A DNA stretch of 64,000 nt. Source: Candidatus Latescibacterota bacterium (GTDB lineage Bacteria > Latescibacterota > UBA2968). The stretch spans positions 4,160,001 to 4,224,000 of the forward strand of contig OZ241986.1 in the NCBI GenBank assembly GCA_965204375.1. The letters are read 5' to 3'. This document shows, piece after piece, positions 30,722-38,839 of the stretch. Both the position numbers and the translations under genes were made by a program. How positions within the stretch are numbered: position 1 is the first letter of the stretch; each line of letters opens with the position of its first letter. Under the pieces are notes generated by a model. It did no database searches and was not told the DNA's origin. It saw only the letters and a list, made by a program, of their open reading frames with translations.

Positions 30722-31509
30722 AATATAAACGGCGCCAGCGCGGGCGCAATTTCTTCTGCATCGACATTGCGGTACTTGTTTTTACCCACCCGCGACCGCT
30801 CGAGCACCACCGCCTCCACCTCCAGATCCACCAACTCCGTCACAAGCACATCAACCACATCGACCTCCCCAGCCACCTGATCCAACGCGTCGGCATCGGT
30901 GGGCACCTCGTCCATCTTCCCAATCCATCGCCCCATCGCCCATGCGCGAAGCGCGGCACCTGCGGCATCAGACAGAGACAACGCCTCCGTATCCAAACCC
31001 GACAACTCGCGCACCATCATCACATCCGCCTCCACAACGCCCCCCACAGCAGCACACCTCTCGTGCCGGTGAAACGCGCCATCGTAATCCACAGAATAAA
31101 AAATGTGCGCGCCCTCCTGCCCATCCAACTCCGCGAGAAGCACCCGCGCCAAAAAAGGAGACCGCACCACATCGTCAAACCCCGCCTTAATCGCAGGACC
31201 GAGACCAAAATACACAATCTGACGCAGTGTCACATCGTCTTCCGAATAATTAAACCCAATCGAATGCGCCATATCAATCGCAGCCTGCCGCAGATTCTCG
31301 ATATCCGTCGAATGCCCAATCCCCGCGAGCAAGATGCGATCGTACACCTCAAACACCTTTTGCTGACTCTGCGACAGCGTCAACAACAAAATCCCATCCT
31401 CGTAACCCACCCCCACGACCGGACTACCCTGCCGGATCTGATCCTCAATATAATCTCGCCGATTCGCAACCGCCTCTGCCCAGCGATACGGCTCATCAGA
31501 CAACATCAT
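30718..31509 (-). CDS. prcA: 20S proteasome alpha subunit
   Basis: RRDYIEDQIRQGSPVV, KVFEVYDRI..AGIG, DIENLR..A, YSEDDVT; operon context. Confidence 0.88.
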   Translation of the reverse strand: MMLSDEPYRWAEAVANRRDYIEDQIRQGSPVVGVGYEDGILLLTLSQSQQKVFEVYDRILLAGIGHSTDIENLRQAAIDMAHSIGFNYSEDDVTLRQIVYFGLGPAIKAGFDDVVRSPFLARVLLAELDGQEGAHIFYSVDYDGAFHRHERCAAVGGVVEADVMMVRELSGLDTEALSLSDAAGAALRAWAMGRWIGKMDEVPTDADALDQVAGEVDVVDVLVTELVDLEVEAVVLERSRVGKNKYRNVDAEEIAPALAPFIL

Positions 31510-31694
31510 GCGCGTCCCGCCTCCTCCCAATTAAACTTTCTCAATCTTCGTATCCTTCGTGTCCTTCGTGTCCTTCGTGGATACTGAATCATGCGCGTCC
31601 CGCCTCCTCCCAATTAAACCTTTTCAATCTTCGTATCCTTCGTGTCCTTCGTGTCCTTCGTGGATACTGAATCATGCGCGTCCCGCCGCCTCCC
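31505..31694. repeat. 83-bp tandem repeat (2.3 units) at the prcB-prcA junction
   Basis: ATCATGCGCGTCCCGCC(T/G)CCTCCC at 31505, 31588 and 31671, separated by two 59-nt inserts containing (CTTCGTGTC)n. Confidence 0.95.
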
Positions 31695-32475
31695 CATCCA
31701 CATATTGAACATAAAGCTGTCGCAACGCCTCGGTCTCAATCTCCGCCAGACCCGACGCCGTAATCGTCTTCACCGACGGAAAAATATCAGCCGACCGCTC
31801 GTATCGCCCCGTCGCCGAATCGTATTCCGACGCCGTATCCAGAAGCTGAAGCGCGTGTCCAATTGCCGCATCGCGATCCATATCCACAAACCGCCGACCG
31901 CCCCAGCGATTCAAATAATACATCGCACCGCGAATCGCCGGCGACCCCGACCCCGTCGTCGTAAAATCGGCACTCTCGAACTGCGCCCCCAGCGCATCGT
32001 AAAAATAAATTTTACCCCGCGCATCCACCTGGTCATACGTCGCAAAAATCGGAATCACAGCGCCAATACCCTGCATCGCCATCGGCAAATTATCCTTAAT
32101 CAACAGCGACAACCGGCGCAACTTCGCCTGCAAACTCATCTCCTGAAGCAAACGGCGGCGATAATACTGAAACGCGTGCTCCAGAATCCGCGCAATCTCA
32201 AACGCAATCGAAGGCGACCCCGAAATCGCCATCACCGAAAACGCATCCAGATCGATCACCTTATCCGCGCGGTCGTAAAGCACCATATTGCCCGCAGTGG
32301 CGCGGCGATCGCCTGCAACGAGCACCCCATCGGCATATTGAAAAGCCAGAATCGTCGTCGCATCCGTAGGCTCAAAAGGCAACGTGCGCTCGGCCGGCAC
32401 ATCGCCCAAATTCTCACCCGGAAACCTGTAGCCCGTCTGCCGCAGCAAATCGACAAAATCCCCACCCGATTGCAT
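31672..32475 (-). CDS. prcB: 20S proteasome beta subunit (Thr-nucleophile, with propeptide)
   Basis: A|TTILAF, AGDRRAT, DKV, GSGS, DSATG. Confidence 0.9.
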   Translation of the reverse strand: MQSGGDFVDLLRQTGYRFPGENLGDVPAERTLPFEPTDATTILAFQYADGVLVAGDRRATAGNMVLYDRADKVIDLDAFSVMAISGSPSIAFEIARILEHAFQYYRRRLLQEMSLQAKLRRLSLLIKDNLPMAMQGIGAVIPIFATYDQVDARGKIYFYDALGAQFESADFTTTGSGSPAIRGAMYYLNRWGGRRFVDMDRDAAIGHALQLLDTASEYDSATGRYERSADIFPSVKTITASGLAEIETEALRQLYVQYVDGEAAGRA

Positions 32476-32478
32476 AAG

Positions 32479-32670
32479 CTACTCGCCTGTACGCTGGCGA
32501 TAACGCCGCGCCTGATTGGGATCAACGCGCCGCATGCGCCGCAGCAAATCGCGTGTATCTGGCCGCTCCACCTTCGGGCGCGCGGGGCCACCATCGCCAT
32601 CATCACCCGGACCAGGTCCGCCCGGATCGACCGGCTTCGTCCGTCGCTCAAACTGTAAGACCTTATCCAT
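32479..32670 (-). CDS. ubact: Ubiquitin-like modifier UBact (Pup analogue)
   Basis: 63 aa, disordered G/P/D-rich N-terminus, C-terminal LLRRMRRVDPNQARRYRQRTGE with the R[T/S]G[E/Q] end; lies between dop and prcB; AAGGAGG RBS. Confidence 0.92.
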   Translation of the reverse strand: MDKVLQFERRTKPVDPGGPGPGDDGDGGPARPKVERPDTRDLLRRMRRVDPNQARRYRQRTGE

Positions 32671-32692
32671 CTACGGCCTCCTTAAAAAAATG

Positions 32693-32872
32693 TCTGAATC
32701 AGGATTCTCAGGATTATAGGATGTGCAGGATGAAAAACTATCTGAATCAGGATTTACAGGATTATAGGATGAACAGGATGAAAAACAAAATCAAAACCTG
32801 CTGGATCTACACCCTTCACAGCCTCTCTTTTTTATCTGCGTCCATCTGCGTCCATCTGCGGATCACACTTCC
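32693..32872. repeat. Composite repeat cassette between dop and ubact
   Basis: TCTGAATCAGGATT module twice (32693, 32741) plus an ATCTGCGTCC module that overlaps the dop stop. Confidence 0.9.
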
Positions 32873-34386
32873 TTCAACGCCTCTAAAAAACTCTCTAACG
32901 TCTCCGAATTATCCAGCACCTCATTATAACGCGCTACCCGCCCCTCATCCACCAATAATTTCATATCCACGGCATGCTGGCGGCCATTGCGCTTAAACAC
33001 AATGCGATCCCAGTTAATCGACGACACATAATCGCCGAACTTCTCCAAACTGCGCCCTCGAAAATACGCCCGCGTACCCGAAGGCGGCTCCGACATTGCC
33101 GCTGCCACCTCATCATCGCCCACCAGACGCACCATCTGCCCCTGCGACTCCAGCAAATAATACAACCCCGCATCCCGATCCACATTGCTATATTCCAGAT
33201 CCTGGCTCTGCATCCAGAACAAATCATCGGGATTGTCCCACGCCAGATTCTCCGCCTCGCAAAAACTATCGATCAACCACTTCTTCGTCACCCAATCGCA
33301 CACCCCCACCAGATCCATCGGATCGCGGCTCAACTTCTCCAGTACATCTTCCCACGCCGACAACACCCAATCCGTCTCTCGATCCCGCCCGGCAAACTCG
33401 CGCCGTGCCAGAGCCAAAAACGCATCCTGAATCTCAACCGCGGGAATTAGGCGATGACCGGGACCCTCGACCTCAACCAGCCACGCATGCGACTGATCCC
33501 GGGCGATATTCTTCATCGCCGCAATCGGATCCTTCAGCCGATAATCGGGCAAACAATCCGCCTCAATCAAATCGATCACCAGCGCCGTTGACCCCACCTT
33601 GAGCGCCGTCATATACTCCGACATATTGGCATCGCCCACAATCACGTGCAACCGGCGATATTGCGCCGCATCTGCGTGGGGTTCATCGCGCGTATTCACA
33701 ACCGGACGCTTGTGCATCGTATCCACACTCGCGATCACCTCGAAAAACTCCGCGCGCTGCGACAACTGATAAATCGGTGCGCGATCCTCCCGCTCGACAC
33801 CCACCTTGCCAGCCCCGCAAAAAATCTGCCGCGTGGGGAAAAACAGCAACAACCCCTGTAATATACGCTCGAAAGGCACCGAACGATCCATCAAATAATT
33901 CTCGTGACACCCATAGCTATGCCCTTCGAAATCCGTATTGTTCTTATACATCCGCACAACGCCCTGATCGAGCATCTCCGTGCGCCGCTGCGCGCAAATA
34001 TCCACAATGCGCTCCCCCGCCTTATCCTGCGCCACAAGCTCGAACAAACTTATGCACTCACCCGTTGAATACTCCGGATGCGTGTGATCGTTGTAAAACC
34101 GGGACCCATTGTAAATAATCAAATCGCTCTTCAATTCTTTAAACGGAATTTTCCGCTTGCGGTCCTGTTGCATAAGCTCCTTTTCATCGGCATCATTCAA
34201 CAGATTTTTAACCTCAAACCCCCGCTCATCCCGACGGGGATTCTCCAGCCGATAATCCCACAACGGAACAAACTTGCCCTGCTGATAGCATCGAATCAAC
34301 TGCATCGACTCTTCGACCACATCGACCTTATCCACCTCGTCAATCGTGATCCCATATTCTGTTTCTATACCGAATAAGCGCGTCAT
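32863..34386 (-). CDS. dop: Pup/UBact deamidase-depupylase Dop
   Basis: FGIETEYGI, Dop loop WDYRLENPRRDERGF, NGSRFYNDHTHPEYS, YKNNTD..SYGCHENYL, NTRDEPHAD. Confidence 0.9.
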   Translation of the reverse strand: MTRLFGIETEYGITIDEVDKVDVVEESMQLIRCYQQGKFVPLWDYRLENPRRDERGFEVKNLLNDADEKELMQQDRKRKIPFKELKSDLIIYNGSRFYNDHTHPEYSTGECISLFELVAQDKAGERIVDICAQRRTEMLDQGVVRMYKNNTDFEGHSYGCHENYLMDRSVPFERILQGLLLFFPTRQIFCGAGKVGVEREDRAPIYQLSQRAEFFEVIASVDTMHKRPVVNTRDEPHADAAQYRRLHVIVGDANMSEYMTALKVGSTALVIDLIEADCLPDYRLKDPIAAMKNIARDQSHAWLVEVEGPGHRLIPAVEIQDAFLALARREFAGRDRETDWVLSAWEDVLEKLSRDPMDLVGVCDWVTKKWLIDSFCEAENLAWDNPDDLFWMQSQDLEYSNVDRDAGLYYLLESQGQMVRLVGDDEVAAAMSEPPSGTRAYFRGRSLEKFGDYVSSINWDRIVFKRNGRQHAVDMKLLVDEGRVARYNEVLDNSETLESFLEALKEV

Positions 34387-34387
34387 A

Positions 34388-34557
34388 GAAGTGTGAAGGG
34401 TGAAGGGTGAAGGGTGAAGGGTGAAGGGTGAAGGGTGAAGGGTGAAGGGTGAAGGGTGAAGGGTGAAATAGCGGTCAGCAGTCAGCGGTCAGGATGATGA
34501 GGCAATGGGGCGGCGTTGGGTGGATTTCTTACTTCTTACTTCTCACTTCTTACTTCA
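34388..34557. repeat. Heptamer-arm element variant: (GTGAAGG)~10, AGCGGTCAGCAGTCAGC, core, (CTTCTYA)4
   Basis: Fills the arc-dop junction from the arc stop to the dop ATG. Confidence 0.88.
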
Positions 34558-36261
34558 CACCACGCCATGCCTTGAGGTGCGTCGCTCTCGCCTGGGCTTA
34601 ATCGGTACTGCGCGCACCACATTTTCGGGATCGTAATCCAGCAACTTCAACCAATCCTCTGTATTATCCGTCGGCGGGAAAATTTCATTCTCGCTGTACT
34701 CGGTCTCTATCCCCGCGAGCAAATCGCCAAAACCAATCCCCTCTTCTGTGCCCGACGCAATACACCGCTTAATCGCAATCTCCTTCGCGCGCTGCACAAT
34801 AGACTCGAGAATAGCCCCGCTACACAGATCCCCGCGGGTCAACACCTCCTTGCGACCGCTTCTGAGCAACACCTCTAAAAAGCGCGTATCATCGCGCCTG
34901 GCATATATCTCAGCTATCGTGCGCGCCGCAAGATCGTCAACCGCTGCTTGCACATCGCCGTCGTGCGCGTTTAACGCATCCTCTGACAGCGGCAAATCAG
35001 CCGTCAAATAAATACCCAAAATCTCGCGCGCGGCATCCTCATCCGGACGAAGCACCTTGATCTTGCGATCAATACGCCCCGGGCGCAAAATTGCCGGATC
35101 GATCAAATCTGGACGATTGGACGTCAAAATAATCACCACATCTTGCAGGGAATCGATCCCATCCATCTCGGAGCAGAACATCGGCACAACCGTATTTGAA
35201 ATATTGTGCGACCGAATCGCCCGCCGCGTACCTAAGACCGACTCTGCCTCGTCGATAAACACCACCGGCAAAAACCCCTCGCGCCGCTTCTCGCGCGCCT
35301 GAGAAAAAATCTCGCGCACCTTGCGCTCGGACTCTCCCAACCACATATTCAAAATCTCAGGCCCCTTAATATGCATAAAACACGCCTTGAGATTCAGGCC
35401 GTCTTCCTGCACCTGCTTCTCCAGATTGTACGCCGTCGCCTTCCCAATCAGCGTCTTGCCGCACCCCGGAGGACCGTACAACAAAAACCCCTTGGGCGTA
35501 CTGTACTGAAACCGCTTAAACAACTCCGGATGCAACACCGGCATCTCAATCGTATCTTTAATCGCCTGAATCGCATCCTTTTGCCCGCCGATCTTCTCCC
35601 ACGGCAAATCGGGAACTTCCTCCAGATAAAAATCCTTAACCTCGGAATGCGGCATCTTCTCCAGCGCCACGCGGAAATGCGGATCGATCCGAACCTCTTC
35701 GCCCGACTTCAAAGCCTCGGCCTCCAGATCGGCCCCCCGCAGCAAAATATGCGTCTGCGAACCGTGTTCTTGCCCCACCTGCAAGCGCCCATCGTCCAGC
35801 ACATCGACAATTTTACCCACCGTACCCGACGGAGACTCGCCCATCTCGCCCACCACGGCAAACGCCTCATTCACCAGCACCCGCGTCCCCACCTTCAAAC
35901 CGCGTTCATCCAACCGCCCATCCACATTGGCGTAATACTCCGCCCCACCCACCGTAATGTACGCGACGCCATTTTCCGGTGCCGACAGCAACGTTCCCAC
36001 CCGATTGGCTGGTGCCGTCACCTTCTCCAGCGCCCCTTCCAACTCCACAATCGTGCGCCTCGCCTCCTCAAACGTAATCTCATCTTCCTGAAGCTGCCGG
36101 CGCAACTGGTACAACAGGGGCCGCCGTCGATCCGTCTCATCCATCGTCATCAAAATCTGATCGATAATCGACAGCGACTGAAATGTATGCTGCATATCCA
36201 CATAGTCCTGAAGAAAATCTTCAGGTGACTTTCTCTGACGATCAGAATCGTTGGTATTGAT
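34555..36261 (-). CDS. arc: Proteasome-associated AAA ATPase ARC/Mpa
   Basis: Coiled coil + OB domains, LYGPPGCGKT, KGPEILN.WLGESER, FIDEAES, SNRPDLIDPAILRPGRID; start uncertain (ATC 36261 after GGAGG, or 36201/36195). Confidence 0.92.
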   Translation of the reverse strand: MNTNDSDRQRKSPEDFLQDYVDMQHTFQSLSIIDQILMTMDETDRRRPLLYQLRRQLQEDEITFEEARRTIVELEGALEKVTAPANRVGTLLSAPENGVAYITVGGAEYYANVDGRLDERGLKVGTRVLVNEAFAVVGEMGESPSGTVGKIVDVLDDGRLQVGQEHGSQTHILLRGADLEAEALKSGEEVRIDPHFRVALEKMPHSEVKDFYLEEVPDLPWEKIGGQKDAIQAIKDTIEMPVLHPELFKRFQYSTPKGFLLYGPPGCGKTLIGKATAYNLEKQVQEDGLNLKACFMHIKGPEILNMWLGESERKVREIFSQAREKRREGFLPVVFIDEAESVLGTRRAIRSHNISNTVVPMFCSEMDGIDSLQDVVIILTSNRPDLIDPAILRPGRIDRKIKVLRPDEDAAREILGIYLTADLPLSEDALNAHDGDVQAAVDDLAARTIAEIYARRDDTRFLEVLLRSGRKEVLTRGDLCSGAILESIVQRAKEIAIKRCIASGTEEGIGFGDLLAGIETEYSENEIFPPTDNTEDWLKLLDYDPENVVRAVPIKPRRERRTSRHGVV

Positions 36262-36273
36262 AACTCACCTCCG

Positions 36274-36719
36274 GATCAGGATTCGCAGGATGAAACCCCT
36301 GTCTGAATCAGGATTCTCAGGATTTAAGGATGAACAGGATGAAAATCAAAAGCGAACACGGATTAAACGGATTAAAAGATGGACACAGATTAAAGGCAAA
36401 ATCTTCTGGATCGCGGCTTAAAGCCTGCCGCGATGACGGGTACCTTTAATGTCTCTCTTCCTACTTCACACTTCACACTTCACACTTCACACTTCACACT
36501 TCACACTTCACACTTCACACTTCACACTTCACACTTCACACTTCACACTTCACACTTCACACTTCACACTTCACACTTCACACTTCACACTTCACACTTC
36601 ACACTTCACAGCCCCTCTTCTTCATCTGCGTCCATCTGCGTCATCTGCGGATCTCACGTCAAGAATACCATATCTCAAAACCCGTGTCAAGGACGGACGG
36701 GTTGGAAACCCGCCCCTAC
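36274..36719. repeat. Largest composite repeat cassette, including (CTTCACA)21
   Basis: TCTGAATCAGG module, CGGATTAAA module, CTGGATCGCGGC..GATGAC, heptamer run 36464-36610, ATCTGCG module, REP ...GCCCCTAC. Confidence 0.92.
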
Positions 36720-37645
36720 TCCTCTTCGAGCTTCTCTAACTTGCGCTCCATATCGATCTTAACCTCGGCGACGATATTGAGAATCGGGTCCTTCTCCCCC
36801 GCCTTAATAACCACAGGCTTATTGATATCAAAATGCACCTTGTGCTCTATCACCAGGCCGCGCGTCGCATCGATCACCCACGACCCTCCGCCTTTACCTT
36901 TCCCATTGTAATACAAAGACACCACACTCACCTCAATCCATCCCGCGTACTCCACCTCACTATCCTCATCAATATGCACCTCCACGCGCCCCTTCGCATG
37001 CTTGATATTCTTCACCTCATAAGTACTCTTGATCTTAATCTGCGAATCGCGCCCCATCATATCCATACTCGCAAAAGGGCGCCAAAAATCGCGCTCGCCC
37101 GTCCAGGTATCGCCCTTATTAACCGGTCCCTCTGGCAAAACCGGCGCAAACGCGGGCATCGCCCCCTGGAACATATCCGTAATCAAATCCTGTCGCTCCA
37201 CGCGAAACGCGGGAAAATCTGGCTCGAACTTCTGCACCACACCCTCGGGCGTCACCTGATAGGTAAAAACCCTGTCATTAAACATATCAAACGTAAACGG
37301 AAACTGCTCATACGTCTGCTTCTCGCCCAGAAAAATCGCTGCACTCGCCCCCTTCTTAATCTCAGCGCGAACACCCATCACCCCTTCGGGAATGGTCCTC
37401 CCCGGCAATGCCTGGGGCACAACCACCTCTTCATGGCTGCGCCACTCATTATCTATAATCACGCGAATATGCCCGCTCTGCATCACAATCTGCTCGCCCA
37501 TATTGCTGAAATACTCCACCCGGAACTTGTGCTTATATCGCGCCTTGCGCCCCTCTGGAAACTTCAACGTCAGCGCTGTGGGCTGCGCCCAACAATCGGC
37601 GGCAACACCGACGAGTAATCCGAGAATAATCGTTAATTTCCACAT
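36716..37645 (-). CDS. Hypothetical secreted protein (beta-rich)
   Basis: AAGGAGGT RBS, signal peptide MWKLTIILGLLVGVAADCWA; LPEGPVNKGDTW motif. Confidence 0.75.
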   Translation of the reverse strand: MWKLTIILGLLVGVAADCWAQPTALTLKFPEGRKARYKHKFRVEYFSNMGEQIVMQSGHIRVIIDNEWRSHEEVVVPQALPGRTIPEGVMGVRAEIKKGASAAIFLGEKQTYEQFPFTFDMFNDRVFTYQVTPEGVVQKFEPDFPAFRVERQDLITDMFQGAMPAFAPVLPEGPVNKGDTWTGERDFWRPFASMDMMGRDSQIKIKSTYEVKNIKHAKGRVEVHIDEDSEVEYAGWIEVSVVSLYYNGKGKGGGSWVIDATRGLVIEHKVHFDINKPVVIKAGEKDPILNIVAEVKIDMERKLEKLEEE

Positions 37646-37656
37646 AAGCACCTCCT

Positions 37657-38661
37657 TCACCCTTCACGCTTCACCTGCACGGGTCGCCCGTTTTTTTCTG
37701 CCGACTCCCATGCGGCCTCCGTCAACTGAATCACGCGCAAACCGCACACCGGCGGCACCTGAACTTCATCGCGCCCCAAAATTGCATCCACGAAATTTTG
37801 ATCTGGACTCACAAACCGCGAAGGCAAACTATCTGCATCGACCTCCACGGGTGCGCTGCCACCGTATTTGCACGTCAACTTCCCATTGCGAGAATAAATC
37901 GCCCCCTTCGTGCCCCAAATCGTAATATCCTCCCACATCCCCGGACCCGGACCTGTACCCACAATAGAAAAATTCGCCAACGCGCCATTCTCAAACACAA
38001 TTGACAGCGCCGAATTGATATCCACCTCTGTATCCAGATTATCCATAAACGCCGACACGCGCGTGGGCGCCTGATCCACCATCCACAGCACAATATCCAG
38101 CAAATGACTCCCTGAATCGTTCAACTGACCCCCGCCCGACAGCGCGTGAACCTGTCGCCACTTCCCCTGTTGATTCTCATACCAGTGCTGATCTTGCATC
38201 GCCTGAATAAACTGAACCTCTCCGATCTCCCCCGCCTGAATCTGATTCCGAATAAACCGAAACGTCGGCGCCAGATGCCGTTGATAAGACACCATCAAAA
38301 CGCGATCCACCTCCTCTGCCTTATCCATCACCTGAAACGCGTGATCAACCGTACAAACCATCGGCTTTTCCGTCAGCACATGCAGGCCCTTATCCAGACT
38401 ATCCATAATCTGTTCAAAATGCAAGGTATGCGGCGTAGAAATCTCGGTCGCATCCATCTCCACCTCATTCAACATCTCCCTGTGATCTGCAAACCTCGGC
38501 AACGCCTCTGTCTCTGGCACGCGCTCAAACAACCGCGCAAAACTCTCATCACTCGGATCTGCCAGCGCCACAATCTCCACATCCTGCATATCCATCAAAC
38601 GCCTGATATGACCGCTCATATTGCCACCGCACCCGATCAAACCCATTCGCACCTTCTCCAT
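37657..38661 (-). CDS. Gfo/Idh/MocA family oxidoreductase
   Basis: GLIGCGG, STPHTLH, HVLTEKPM, GGGQLNDSGSHLLD. Confidence 0.93.
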   Translation of the reverse strand: MEKVRMGLIGCGGNMSGHIRRLMDMQDVEIVALADPSDESFARLFERVPETEALPRFADHREMLNEVEMDATEISTPHTLHFEQIMDSLDKGLHVLTEKPMVCTVDHAFQVMDKAEEVDRVLMVSYQRHLAPTFRFIRNQIQAGEIGEVQFIQAMQDQHWYENQQGKWRQVHALSGGGQLNDSGSHLLDIVLWMVDQAPTRVSAFMDNLDTEVDINSALSIVFENGALANFSIVGTGPGPGMWEDITIWGTKGAIYSRNGKLTCKYGGSAPVEVDADSLPSRFVSPDQNFVDAILGRDEVQVPPVCGLRVIQLTEAAWESAEKNGRPVQVKREG

Positions 38662-38734
38662 TTATGTCTCCTTTTTTTAAGTAAGAAGTAAGAGTGCTCG
38701 AATATAGTTTCACATATACAATACCGCAATAACA

Positions 38735-38772
38735 AAAAAAAGGCCACTGGACAAAATGTCCAATGGCCTTTT
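38735..38772. terminator. Intrinsic terminator downstream of the surface-protein cluster
   Basis: AAAAAAAGGCCACTGGACA-AAA-TGTCCAATGGCCTTTTT. Confidence 0.8.
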
Positions 38773-38784
38773 TGAATAAACGTA

Positions 38785-38839
38785 CGGGCGAAAAATTTTT
38801 CGTCCCTACAATCGGGCAACCACGAGCGGTTGGCCCCTA
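38785..38839. repeat. REP doublet (paralog of the copy at 6829)
   Basis: GGGCGAAAAATTTTTCGTCCCTAC-AATC-GGGCAACCACGAGCGGTTGGCCCCTA, overlapping the stop of the 704-aa gene. Confidence 0.85.

Noticed and set aside
31505-31694. Mini CRISPR array (24-bp repeats with 59-nt spacers)
   Set aside because: The spacers are near-identical, the repeat is the prcB/prcA coding junction, and no cas genes are present.
32479-32670. Calling the small modifier actinobacterial Pup
   Set aside because: It lacks the GG[E/Q] end and has the UBact-type RTGE terminus.
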